A DNA stretch of 20,000 nucleotides, taken from the IMG/VR virus record IMGVR_UViG_3300031087_000497, one strand, 5' to 3'. Origin of the DNA: an uncultured virus (IMG/VR IMGVR_UViG_3300031087_000497). Its lineage: Duplodnaviria > Heunggongvirae > Uroviricota > Caudoviricetes. The notes beneath the pieces were generated by a model. The model worked only from the letters and a program-made list of their open reading frames with translations. It was not told where the DNA came from and searched no databases. Below, in pieces: positions 7,186-15,916 of the stretch; positions within the stretch are counted from its first letter, which is position 1; the number at the start of each line of letters is the position of its first letter. Made by a program: the position numbers and the translations under genes.

Positions 7186-8883
7186 ATGCCTAATATTTAC
7201 GCGCCCGAAACTACGTTGGCGTCGGATGAGCAAAAGGTCACCGAGTTGCTGAAGCTGAGCCGCGCAAACGGCTCGATGCTTGATAGCGCGTCTCCGACCG
7301 CCGTTACCGCGATCGGCGAAGCACTGCAAAACCCGGATGACCTACTTCCGGCCCGCATGGCACCGTTGATGGCAATCGTTGACGAAAAGCACCGTCCAAT
7401 GGTCTTGGCGTCCTTGCTCGATGGTATCCGTCGCTTTGAGTATGAACACGGCTTTGTTCCGTCGGCTGACATGATTGACTCTGCCATCTCGCAGGGCCTT
7501 GCTGTTGCTGACGGTAGCGCCTCCATTTTGCCTGGCGGCGTCACCCTGGATAGTGTCAGTAACTCGCTGCAATCGACGCCTTTGTCGCATCAGCCAAACC
7601 GTATTGCTGTAGCCATCTGTGGTGGCCTGGCTGAGTCGTTGCCGATCGGCGCTTACCTGCCGTCTGACCTCAACTCCAACGAATCCAAGCTGGCGATCGT
7701 TAACAGTACTGCCGGTTCAGACTTTGGTGCCTATAAGGACGGCGACATTCTGGACGGTGTGAATGGTGGTCAGAGTTACACCAATTCGGAACGCAACGTT
7801 GTCGCAAGCCTCGGCGCCGATCGAACGTCGGCGACCTTTGCGTTCAAGACTGGCGGAGCTGGCGATGGCGCCGCTGTGCCTCTTATCCCAACCCGCACCT
7901 ATGTTAAGTTCAAGGGCTTCAAGGTAGCGATCGAGATCAACCCAAACGACACCACTGCCGAGCGTCAAATCGCGGGCCAGGTGAAGATTAAAAATGCCGA
8001 AACCGGCGATGTAACAAGTCACAGCATTTCCGGCAAGGTCGCTTTCGCCAATGGTGCGGGCAGTTTGGCTTTTGCTCCGGCGTTGCCCGAAGGTGCAGTA
8101 GTCAAAGTCGTCGGCTTCATCGACTACGAAGCAAAGCCGGAACTGACGCCTTCGATTAAGACCAAGGCTGTCAGCTTCAGCCTGTACTGCACCGAAGATC
8201 GTGTATTGATGCAAACCACGCCGGGTGCTCGTAGTCAGGCTCAGAACGAGCTGGGTGCCGACTTCCTGACCGTTGCAGTTAATGCTGCACGACGTCAGTG
8301 GGCGCAGGAGCGCTATTTCCTGGCCCTGGAGAAAATCCGCGAAGTTGCTGCCAACACCGGCAAGTTCTTCGACTTTGATGCGGCCAACCAACTGCTTCAG
8401 AAATCCCGCGCCCAGCGCTGGCGCGACTTTGCCGCCTTTATGGGCGAGGTTGACCAGGAGGTCGCCAACAACACCATGGAATACGGTATTTCGTACCTGT
8501 TTGTGGGTGCGAAAGGCGCCTCCAACTTCCGCACCATGGGCGCGGATGACTTTACCCCGTCTGGAGTTCAGGCACGCCCAGGTGTGTACCGCGTAGGGCG
8601 CTACAAAAACCAGTACGACGTTTACTACACCCCGCGCCATGTCAACGAAACCAGCACCGACCTGGAAATGCTCGCCGTAGGACGTGCGCAGCAGGTAGCT
8701 CGTAACCCAATCGTGTTCTCTGACGCACTGGCGCCGACACTGATCCCACTGGGGATCTTGAGTGACCTCAAGTCCGGTGCGGCTCTGTATGGCCGTAACC
8801 TGACCGAGATCAACCCGCATGACTTGTCGGCACTGGGTTGCGCGCTGATCACGGTCAAGAACGTCGACACTCTGGCGCACTGA
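7186..8883 (+). CDS. Major capsid protein precursor (P1 gp23-like)
   Basis: 565 aa with GAGGT RBS. Motifs AGSDFGAYKDGDILD, DYEAKPELTP, AQNELGAD and LYGRNLTEINP parallel P1 gp23 as recalled; size and position upstream of the sheath gene fit. Confidence 0.85.
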   Translation: MPNIYAPETTLASDEQKVTELLKLSRANGSMLDSASPTAVTAIGEALQNPDDLLPARMAPLMAIVDEKHRPMVLASLLDGIRRFEYEHGFVPSADMIDSAISQGLAVADGSASILPGGVTLDSVSNSLQSTPLSHQPNRIAVAICGGLAESLPIGAYLPSDLNSNESKLAIVNSTAGSDFGAYKDGDILDGVNGGQSYTNSERNVVASLGADRTSATFAFKTGGAGDGAAVPLIPTRTYVKFKGFKVAIEINPNDTTAERQIAGQVKIKNAETGDVTSHSISGKVAFANGAGSLAFAPALPEGAVVKVVGFIDYEAKPELTPSIKTKAVSFSLYCTEDRVLMQTTPGARSQAQNELGADFLTVAVNAARRQWAQERYFLALEKIREVAANTGKFFDFDAANQLLQKSRAQRWRDFAAFMGEVDQEVANNTMEYGISYLFVGAKGASNFRTMGADDFTPSGVQARPGVYRVGRYKNQYDVYYTPRHVNETSTDLEMLAVGRAQQVARNPIVFSDALAPTLIPLGILSDLKSGAALYGRNLTEINPHDLSALGCALITVKNVDTLAH

Positions 8884-8895
8884 TAGGGGAGCGAC

Positions 8896-9486
8896 ATGGC
8901 TAAGGCAACTACACCTGCCAGCGAGAAACCGGCCAAAGCGCCGCGTAAACCTCGCCAGGCTGCGGTAACTGCCAGTGATGACGTCAATCAGCAGGAGGCG
9001 GGCGCTACGGCGCCCGTTTCCGCATCGGGCGCTCCGCCGTCCACTGATGATGCCAACGCTGCCTCTAAACCCACCGTTGATGATCTGAATACGTCATCTG
9101 AGGGCCAACCCAAAAAACTGGTACCGGTCACTTCTGAACCACGCGGGTTCTTCCCTGGAATGGGCCGGTTTCCGCCTGGCTGGAAGTGGAATCCAGCGCA
9201 AACCGGCGACGAAGATCCGTCCGTGGCGGCCTTAAAGTCTCCGGTGTGGGGCTTGCCGGAAATTGCCGAATTTCCAGCCGAACTGACGCTTGTGAACAAC
9301 ACCCGGAACATCCTTGTGGTGCGCCCGTTGAACACCAGGTTGTTGCAGTTCAGTGAGAAGACAGTGCAGTGCCCGACGGCCAGGCATTACGAAGCGATCG
9401 GGCGTGAACTCGCAGGGCGTGCGCTGCGGGAGCATTGGAACTCAGAAACGGGCTTACAGGTGAAGCATGACGAAAATCAAGATTGA
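8896..9486 (+). CDS. Hypothetical phage protein (disordered N-terminus, small C-terminal beta-rich domain)
   Basis: 196 aa with GGGGAG RBS; tightly packed between capsid and sheath genes. Confidence 0.7.
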   Translation: MAKATTPASEKPAKAPRKPRQAAVTASDDVNQQEAGATAPVSASGAPPSTDDANAASKPTVDDLNTSSEGQPKKLVPVTSEPRGFFPGMGRFPPGWKWNPAQTGDEDPSVAALKSPVWGLPEIAEFPAELTLVNNTRNILVVRPLNTRLLQFSEKTVQCPTARHYEAIGRELAGRALREHWNSETGLQVKHDENQD

Positions 9487-9826
9487 ACAAGGTGCCGGTG
9501 ACGATCCAACCGAGCTGGTTGCGGCCATCGTGGCGGGGAGAAAGTACCCGTTCACTGCCACCATCACACACAAGGCAGTAAAGCCTCTGGTAGTGCCCTC
9601 GACGGGACTCTGTGAGGTTATCGAACCAGGCAAGTCGGTGCCGTTCAAGTTCAAGAACTATGAACAGGTGTGGGCTGTGGTGACCGACAGCGCCGCGTTG
9701 GCCAAGCGCTACGAAAACGACGAAAAGGACTTTGTCGTGATCGAGGTTGCCGGTGATGAGGCCAGCGGTGCACCAAAACCACAAGGCAAGGCCGCCGTTA
9801 AGGCCGCTGACGCCCCGAGCGAGTAA
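9467..9826 (+). CDS. Hypothetical phage protein
   Basis: 119 aa with AGGTG RBS; overlaps the previous gene by 20 bp and ends 11 bp before the sheath gene. Confidence 0.7.
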   Translation: MTKIKIEQGAGDDPTELVAAIVAGRKYPFTATITHKAVKPLVVPSTGLCEVIEPGKSVPFKFKNYEQVWAVVTDSAALAKRYENDEKDFVVIEVAGDEASGAPKPQGKAAVKAADAPSE

Positions 9827-9837
9827 AGGAGGTACCT

Positions 9838-11496
9838 ATGACCATTCAAATGTCCCGCTCCATCGGTAAGCGCTCTGGCGTCCAGCAGAACTTTATCTCT
9901 GACAAGTCCGAGATCGGCAGCGTTGCATCTGACTACAACGGCGGCTTTATTGGTCGCTTCACTCGTGGTCGCATAGACCGAGTTATTGCGGTCAGCGCAG
10001 AAAAGCTTGAGCGCCAGCTGGGTGCAGCAGTGAGCCTGAGTGTTTCCGCCCTGGGCGAAGCACAGATTCATGTGTTCGAAGCGCTGCGTGATGGGATGCA
10101 GCAGGCCATCGTCTCGCGGCTGGTTGCTTCGGATGCAGTCAATCAGTTGTTGATTGCCACCGCTGCCGCTCCTGCCGAGGGCGCGCCAACAGCACCTGCG
10201 GTATGGGCCACGGGCCTTGAGAGCGAAGGTCTCCCCAGTGGCGCGCTGATCGCCTTCAAGCACCTGGAGTGCTTCAACGACGGGCTCACCTGCGAGATCA
10301 ACGCGGAAGCGGCAGAAGATACAAAGGCAGTTGCTATGCCTTCGAAGGTCATTACCGTTCAGTTTGTGGACCCAGCAACCGGCAAAGTGATCATTGGCCC
10401 GTTCACCGGCTCGCTGGACCCACTGGCGACCGATGAGCAAGGTAATAGCTCCTTCATCGCCGACGTCATTGAAAAGGGGACTGACCTGGTCACTGTAGTG
10501 GAGGTTGCGTCCGGTGGTTCCGTGCCCGTGACTTGCCCGTTCTACGGTAAAAGCAATGGCAAAGCGAAGTTCAGTTCCAGCACCCTCAAGTACTTCTCTG
10601 AAGGCCGTACGGTGTACACAGCGCTGGAAAAATCGGCGGCGGTCGACCGTTTGCGTCGCTCGCGCCCGAATTTTACCTACCTGTGTGCTGGTGGATCTGA
10701 AGACATAGCCCTGCTGGGCATGATGTCGGACCTTGGGCTGGAAATTAACAAGCAATTCCCCTTCGACGTGCCTGGACGACTGTCGCCTGAAGCGGCGGCC
10801 AACTTTATTCAGTCGATCGGGGCGAGCGTCAAGACGTTTTACGCCCAGGCATATTGGGCGCCGTTAAAACGTAACAATCCGATCGCAGGGGGCAAGGCAT
10901 ATTTCGGTACTGCTGGCCAACAGATCGGCTTGCGTTGCAGACGCAATGCTCAAATTAACTCCAAAGGCATTGCGCCGCGCAATCGGGTAGTCGCGGGCAG
11001 TGAATACGGCCTGCGCGGTGCAAACATCACCCAAACATATGAAGTCAGCAACGATGAGCTGGAGCTGCTGGCGGCCAACCAGATCAACCCTTGCATCTTC
11101 AAGGACTACCCGAGCGGTGCGAAGTACGCCTGGGTCGACTCACTGACGGGCGCTCAAACGACCGGCGCTACCAAGTTGATTGCGGTAGCGGAAATGGGTA
11201 CGTGGTTGGACGACAAGGTGGCGGCGTACGGCCAAGAAACATTGCAAAAGCCAATGGCCGAGTCGATCACGATGATGACCCGTTTCCTGGGCCACCCGCA
11301 GAGCGGTTTGTTGCCTGCTATTCAGTCGGCTGGCTGGCTAAACCCGACGGGTGATTTGGACGGCGCGGCCTATCAGGCCCAGGTGAAGCGTAACGAAGCC
11401 GCGCCATACGACGAAATGGATGTGCTTTATGACGTCTGCTACGACGGCACGAACCGCATCACCCGAGCGCAACAAACCATCGTCCGTCAGAGCTAA
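9838..11496 (+). CDS. Contractile tail sheath protein (P1 gp22-like)
   Basis: 552 aa with a strong AAGGAGG RBS. N-terminal SIGKRSGV...GFIGRFTRG, FTGSLDP..DEQGNSSFI, AYWAP and L...QINP are sheath-family motifs. Confidence 0.85.
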   Translation: MTIQMSRSIGKRSGVQQNFISDKSEIGSVASDYNGGFIGRFTRGRIDRVIAVSAEKLERQLGAAVSLSVSALGEAQIHVFEALRDGMQQAIVSRLVASDAVNQLLIATAAAPAEGAPTAPAVWATGLESEGLPSGALIAFKHLECFNDGLTCEINAEAAEDTKAVAMPSKVITVQFVDPATGKVIIGPFTGSLDPLATDEQGNSSFIADVIEKGTDLVTVVEVASGGSVPVTCPFYGKSNGKAKFSSSTLKYFSEGRTVYTALEKSAAVDRLRRSRPNFTYLCAGGSEDIALLGMMSDLGLEINKQFPFDVPGRLSPEAAANFIQSIGASVKTFYAQAYWAPLKRNNPIAGGKAYFGTAGQQIGLRCRRNAQINSKGIAPRNRVVAGSEYGLRGANITQTYEVSNDELELLAANQINPCIFKDYPSGAKYAWVDSLTGAQTTGATKLIAVAEMGTWLDDKVAAYGQETLQKPMAESITMMTRFLGHPQSGLLPAIQSAGWLNPTGDLDGAAYQAQVKRNEAAPYDEMDVLYDVCYDGTNRITRAQQTIVRQS

Positions 11497-11506
11497 GGAG
11501 ACAGAC

Positions 11507-12235
11507 ATGACCAACATGCTGAGTGACATCTTAAAGAACACCAGAGCCGTTGCGGCTGCTGTCCAGAAGGCCAGCGTTGTGGCCAGTGAACAGGAACAAC
11601 AGCCGACTCAGGCAATGCTTGATGCCGCTGCGGCGGCAGGTGCTGACGCAGATGTGCCAGACGTGGTCTACACCGAGACCATGCGCCTGGATGCCATGAG
11701 CGTGATTACAGAGTGGGCGCAAACCGATGAGCTGGGTGAGGGAGAAGGCTACGGCGATCGCCTGCTGGCGCTGATCGTGGGTACAGCGGCTCACAGCGAC
11801 AATGATCTGACCGAAGACGAAGTGGAATATGGAGGGATGGTTGCCGAGTTGGTGGGTGACATCCTGGAAGGTAAGGGCATCTCGGAAGACGACATTGACG
11901 CGCTGATCGGCGAAGGCGACTTTGATAACGACGTGGGCGAGCGAGTGCATGAAGCCTTGCTGGACAGCCTGCCGGATGGCGAAGAAGCCATGCTGGATGA
12001 AGGTGGCCGCTTTGTGGATGGCGAAGACGACAAAATGCTGGATGCCACCTACCGCAAGGTGTTTGCGATTCGCGGCGGTAAGAAAGTGCGGCGCAAAAAA
12101 CGCATTTCCGGCACGGTTCGCCTGAATGCTGCCCAAAAGGCCGCAGTGCGCAAGATGCAACGCAAGTCCTTCAGCGGCGGCGCGAAGATCCGGCGTGCAC
12201 GCTCCATGCGCTTGCGTAAAAAGATGGGGCTGTAA
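11507..12235 (+). CDS. P1 gp21-like protein; acidic body and very basic C-terminus reminiscent of T4 prohead core protein gp68
   Basis: 242 aa from the ATG at 11507 (AAGGAG RBS). D/E-rich centre, then ...RLNAAQKAAVRKMQRKS...RRARSMRLRKKMGL. Confidence 0.75.
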   Translation: MTNMLSDILKNTRAVAAAVQKASVVASEQEQQPTQAMLDAAAAAGADADVPDVVYTETMRLDAMSVITEWAQTDELGEGEGYGDRLLALIVGTAAHSDNDLTEDEVEYGGMVAELVGDILEGKGISEDDIDALIGEGDFDNDVGERVHEALLDSLPDGEEAMLDEGGRFVDGEDDKMLDATYRKVFAIRGGKKVRRKKRISGTVRLNAAQKAAVRKMQRKSFSGGAKIRRARSMRLRKKMGL

Positions 12236-12238
12236 CCT

Positions 12239-13414
12239 GTGGAGGACTCTATTTTTGACGCTGCCGGGCAGCTGGTATCCACCTCTATCAAGGGGGTGAC
12301 CAGCACGCTGGCCGGTAGCACGTCGAATACGCTTTTAGGGTCCGCCGCAAACGCCGCTGGACGGGCAGGCGAGGGTCTGATGACGGGTGTTTTGTCGCAA
12401 GGTCAAAACACCCTGGCAGGTTACGTCGGCGGTAGGGAGAACTTGAAGCTGCTGGAAAGCGGTGTGACCAAAACTTACGAAACGGTGACCGGCACCGTCT
12501 CTGCCTTGTGGAAAGGTGAAACAACCTTTGCCGACGTGGGCGAGAAAATCACCGGCACAGTTACTAACCTGCTGGAGGGAGATACAGCGGGTTCGATCTT
12601 TGGCGGTGTAAGCGAATCGCTCCTGGGCATGAGGGTGTCCGCTAATGACCTGGGCAGCGACTGGGGCACACTTTCGCCGCTGCTGATGGGACGGATATTC
12701 GTCTGCGATTCCAAAGGTGTCCCCGATGTCACCGAATACGAAGGCGTCTATGGGCCAATAGAAGAGGGGACCTTTGAGGCCACTTTCAACTGGCAAAGCC
12801 CGTTTGAAAACATGGGCCCTGAAACCAAGGCTCCTGCGCTGACAGCGATGATTCAAAGTGGCGCGTTGGTGCCGGTGATCAATGCGCTACAAGCGATAAA
12901 TCCAGACCCCAACGGTAAAATCGGGACGATGCTCGATGCTGGCGCCGATAAGCTCAAGTCGGCGGTACGGGAACTGGAGGGGCGCACAGGTATTACCAAG
13001 CTCAACTCCCGTCAAGTTTTCAGCGGTATGCCACCGGTACGGGTGAACTTTACTATCGACTTTCGGGCCCTGACCAATGCAGCCAAGGAGGTCGAGGCGC
13101 CATTGCAGCGCTTACTGGAGTGGGTCTTTCCGCAGGAGCTGGCGGAAGAGGGGATTTTGTCCGAGGTGTTGCAAACGTCTCGTGACGTAGACAGTTTTAT
13201 CAAGGCGCTTTTTCCGTCTAGAGCCCCAAAACTATTGGGCCTTACCTATGCCGGTAAGACGTATTCCCCCATGGTGGTGGAGTCGATCAGTCATTCGTTG
13301 ACGTTTCCTAAAGATGAAAGGGGACATTTCATCAATCTCACGGTCCAGGTGAACATGGCCACACTCACCGCACTGGATAGACCGGACATCAAACGGTTCT
13401 TTTCCCGGCAGTGA
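12239..13414 (+). CDS. Tail tube initiator/baseplate protein (P1 PmgG-like) with G/T/S-rich N-terminal extension
   Basis: 391 aa, GTG start 3 bp after the previous stop. NWQSPF, NSRQVFSGMPP, EVEAPLQRL...PQEL and PKDERGHF match PmgG motifs as recalled. Confidence 0.7.
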   Translation: MEDSIFDAAGQLVSTSIKGVTSTLAGSTSNTLLGSAANAAGRAGEGLMTGVLSQGQNTLAGYVGGRENLKLLESGVTKTYETVTGTVSALWKGETTFADVGEKITGTVTNLLEGDTAGSIFGGVSESLLGMRVSANDLGSDWGTLSPLLMGRIFVCDSKGVPDVTEYEGVYGPIEEGTFEATFNWQSPFENMGPETKAPALTAMIQSGALVPVINALQAINPDPNGKIGTMLDAGADKLKSAVRELEGRTGITKLNSRQVFSGMPPVRVNFTIDFRALTNAAKEVEAPLQRLLEWVFPQELAEEGILSEVLQTSRDVDSFIKALFPSRAPKLLGLTYAGKTYSPMVVESISHSLTFPKDERGHFINLTVQVNMATLTALDRPDIKRFFSRQ

Positions 13415-13426
13415 CCTGGAAAGCAA

Positions 13427-13467
13427 GCAAACCCCGCACACAGACGGGGTTTTTTGTGCCCGATCAT
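13427..13467 (+). promoter_or_regulatory. Candidate phage late promoter 3 (tail tube operon)
   Basis: GCAAAC (13427-13432), 29 bp, GATCAT (13462-13467). Shares CAAGCAAACCCC with the 7089-7100 site. Confidence 0.6.
13429..13455 (+). terminator. Intrinsic terminator overlapping candidate late promoter 3
   Basis: AAACCCCG-CACACAGA-CGGGG-TTTTTT, 14 bp after the 13414 stop. Confidence 0.75.
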
Positions 13468-13500
13468 TACCCCTGACTACACACAACTAGGGGTGTTCCG

Positions 13501-13971
13501 ATGACGGTCAATAAACATGCCGTGCTTTCGAGTACGTTTCAAAACATTCATGACCTCGGGCGCAAGGCCTCGACTGCTGACGCGGTGTTGGTCATTCATG
13601 GTTTTGAGAAAGTGCAACTGCTGTGCAAGCAATTTCCTTGGCCAGTGCCTACGGTCAAGGACGTTATGGAGTTCTACGGCCCCAATGGGCAACTGATGGT
13701 GCAGCCACAAAATACCAAAACCAAATTTGAAGGTCCTGTGGGCTTCTACGAGGTGCAGCCTGGGACGGTAAGCGATGAGCTGTTCAAGCTTATCGAAAGT
13801 GGTGCGCAGTTCAACGCCACGGCCTATGCAGGCCGCCCTGACGATCACGCGTACACCCGTGAGCTTATCAATTGCTCTCTCGTGATGGACACGCCTGACC
13901 GCGATTGGGAGAACGATACGCCGTTGCTGTTCGCGGGCACGTTGCACTTCCACTGGTTCAACCAGCAGTAA
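13501..13971 (+). CDS. Tail tube protein (P1 BplB-like)
   Basis: 156 aa with AGGGG RBS. LLCKQFPWP...EFYGPNG and C-terminal LHFHWF match the P1 BplB/T4 gp19-like tube pattern; first gene after its own promoter-like site. Confidence 0.75.
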   Translation: MTVNKHAVLSSTFQNIHDLGRKASTADAVLVIHGFEKVQLLCKQFPWPVPTVKDVMEFYGPNGQLMVQPQNTKTKFEGPVGFYEVQPGTVSDELFKLIESGAQFNATAYAGRPDDHAYTRELINCSLVMDTPDRDWENDTPLLFAGTLHFHWFNQQ

Positions 13972-13980
13972 GAGCGGCCC

Positions 13981-14370
13981 ATGAAAATCAGCGAGCTTGC
14001 CACCCAGTACATGGCCGTTCTGCCGATCGGCTGCGTGCTGACCGATGACCAGGTACTGCGAAGCCTGCGTACCGCTGTGAGGTTCTATTGCGGGTTCGCG
14101 GACCTGGTCAGCGAAGAGACCGTTAATGCCCAGGCGTTGGGTGCAAGCGATCCGGTGGAAGACGTGACGCTTTCCCATGGGGAGCTGTCGCTGATCCGGC
14201 CCCTATGGGATCTGTACATGGAGAAGGAGAACTCCATGGCCGTTGAGGCTTCCAAGTCGCAAGGTGCGGAGCCGTTCGGGCGCACTGTGCCTGAGGTGCA
14301 GATGAGCATTCAGGACTACGAAATGCGCCTCCCGCAGCTGGCCTTCAGTGAAGACTGGGTGACGCTCTGA
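13981..14370 (+). CDS. Probable head-tail connector/neck protein (syntenic with P1 pmgC)
   Basis: 129 aa, predicted helical; TGATG coupling with the next gene. Function is inferred mainly from position. Confidence 0.55.
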   Translation: MKISELATQYMAVLPIGCVLTDDQVLRSLRTAVRFYCGFADLVSEETVNAQALGASDPVEDVTLSHGELSLIRPLWDLYMEKENSMAVEASKSQGAEPFGRTVPEVQMSIQDYEMRLPQLAFSEDWVTL

Positions 14371-15074
14371 TGGGAAACATCTTTGAACGATTGGGTTACC
14401 AGGCGGCTGGGAAAATTGCCGGTTCACTCGGGGCTCCGCCGAAAGGTATCAAGTTCGTAAAGGCAGCGGGCGACCTTTTAAACGGTAACTTTTCAGGCGC
14501 TGCCAATGGCGTAATGGATAACTTCTTCGGCGCGGCCAGCCGATTTGGTGGCGGGAATGTGGCGCTGGCGGGTACCAGTTGGGCGACTCTGCTGGCGATG
14601 TACTACGAGTCGCAAAATGTCCTGCGGGAACGCTCAAATTTATGGCATGTGCTGGTGGAACCGATCGGGAGAATCCACGCACCACGCGTGAACCTGCTGG
14701 CCACCGAGTTTAGTTACAACGGTGTACAGCTTGGCTATGAGACGAAGAAAATCGGCTCAGGGTTTGTGCAGGTGCCGTCCGGGGCTGACCCCGTCGAGTT
14801 GACTTTGACCTGCTATGACGTAGACGGCGAGATCAAGCTTTGGTTTGAAAACCTCAAGCGGCTCCACGCCCACCCCGATGGCACCTTTGGCCTGCCAGGT
14901 GACTATGCCAACACGTTCACCATCACCCACGGCGCTATCGAAGAAGGCCGTGGGTATTCCAACTCCTGGGTACTCGTTCCTGTGAACTGCCAGGTGGCGC
15001 AAAACCGCGCTGTTGAAGAGTTCTCGGCGTTAAACCTTACTTTCACTCAATACGAATCGCTTGGGGCGCTATGA
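14370..15074 (+). CDS. Tube-like baseplate protein (P1 Tub-like)
   Basis: 234 aa. YETKKIGSG..VP, LWFE....HPDGTFGLPGDY match P1 Tub as recalled; G/A-rich N-terminus; ATGA coupling with the next gene. Confidence 0.7.
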   Translation: MGNIFERLGYQAAGKIAGSLGAPPKGIKFVKAAGDLLNGNFSGAANGVMDNFFGAASRFGGGNVALAGTSWATLLAMYYESQNVLRERSNLWHVLVEPIGRIHAPRVNLLATEFSYNGVQLGYETKKIGSGFVQVPSGADPVELTLTCYDVDGEIKLWFENLKRLHAHPDGTFGLPGDYANTFTITHGAIEEGRGYSNSWVLVPVNCQVAQNRAVEEFSALNLTFTQYESLGAL

Positions 15075-15916
15075 AGTCAATTCAGCCTGTTCACACGCTG
15101 CGCGTTTCCGTCCAACCCAAAGAGCTTCAGATTGGCCAGGTGCAGGAACTGTGCGCTATTCCCTACCAGTACGCGCAAAAGACCATCACGGCTTTTATCA
15201 ACGCTGCGTGTGAGCAAATACCGCGCCCAGCGGGGAAGCCTCACGTTAGTGACCCCTTGATGTGGTCGGTCAATGAGCGGATGCAGGTGGTTATTTTCTA
15301 CCTAGCAGCAATGCTGGATGACGGCCCTGACTTCCAACTTGGCCAGGGCAATCTGCATGACTACCTGCTGGGTGGCACTGACTATGTGGAGTCGGTGCCG
15401 TTTGAGCATGACGGTGACGAGATGCTATGCACACCGCTTCACGGTTACCAGGCTGAAGCTATCGAAGTGCTGGTGGAAACCGGTGTACTGCCCAAGACGT
15501 TCTTCGGCTGGCAGATAGCGGTGATGTCAGCGTGTATCCGGGGTGTCGACGAACTGCCCCTGGAGTACAGCGACCCGGCGTCCTATGGGACAGCGCTACT
15601 GGAGCGAATCAATACCCTCAAAAAAGCGCCGGAAACAGAGTTTGTACGGCTCTTTGATGCGTATTCGCTCGCATCGCTCAAGCTTCAGCATTTCGTGCAC
15701 GCGGTATTCAATGCCCAGGGCGTGTTGGCGGCCCAGGTCACGACCCCGAACGAAGAAGAGGGGGTAGCTGAACTGGCTCCCGCCCGATTTCACCCTCGTA
15801 CCGGAATCAGCCGAGGGGCGTGTGAAATTTTGGAAGCAACTGAACAACACGAAGTCGGACTTGGCCCTTTACTTCGGCCAGGACTTGCTGACGGCCAACC
15901 GCCTGACCCTCAGTGA
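15071..15916 (+). CDS. Tail assembly chaperone / baseplate hub assembly protein (P1 PmgB-like)
   Basis: 281 aa. DPLMWSVNER, PLHGYQAEAIE and ERINTLKK..ETEFVRL resemble PmgB as recalled; follows the Tub-like gene as in P1. Confidence 0.65.
   Translation: MKSIQPVHTLRVSVQPKELQIGQVQELCAIPYQYAQKTITAFINAACEQIPRPAGKPHVSDPLMWSVNERMQVVIFYLAAMLDDGPDFQLGQGNLHDYLLGGTDYVESVPFEHDGDEMLCTPLHGYQAEAIEVLVETGVLPKTFFGWQIAVMSACIRGVDELPLEYSDPASYGTALLERINTLKKAPETEFVRLFDAYSLASLKLQHFVHAVFNAQGVLAAQVTTPNEEEGVAELAPARFHPRTGISRGACEILEATEQHEVGLGPLLRPGLADGQPPDPQ

Noticed and set aside
7717..8880. 387-aa antisense ORF
   Set aside because: Codon-aligned shadow of the capsid gene, typical of GC-rich biased coding sequence.
9709..10755. 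348-aa antisense ORF
   Set aside because: Shadow of the sheath gene, with no motifs.
11420..11506. Upstream start for the gp21-like gene
   Set aside because: It overlaps the sheath C-terminus; the AAGGAG RBS supports the ATG at 11507.
7264..13176. Other GCAAAC hexamers inside coding regions
   Set aside because: The hexamer alone is common and these copies are intragenic. They were not all checked for the 29-bp partner, so only the four intergenic copies are claimed.
15825..15831. AAATTTT as a -1 slippery heptamer
   Set aside because: It is not in the X XXY YYZ register of the PmgB-like frame, and the overlapping ORF is +1 rather than -1.
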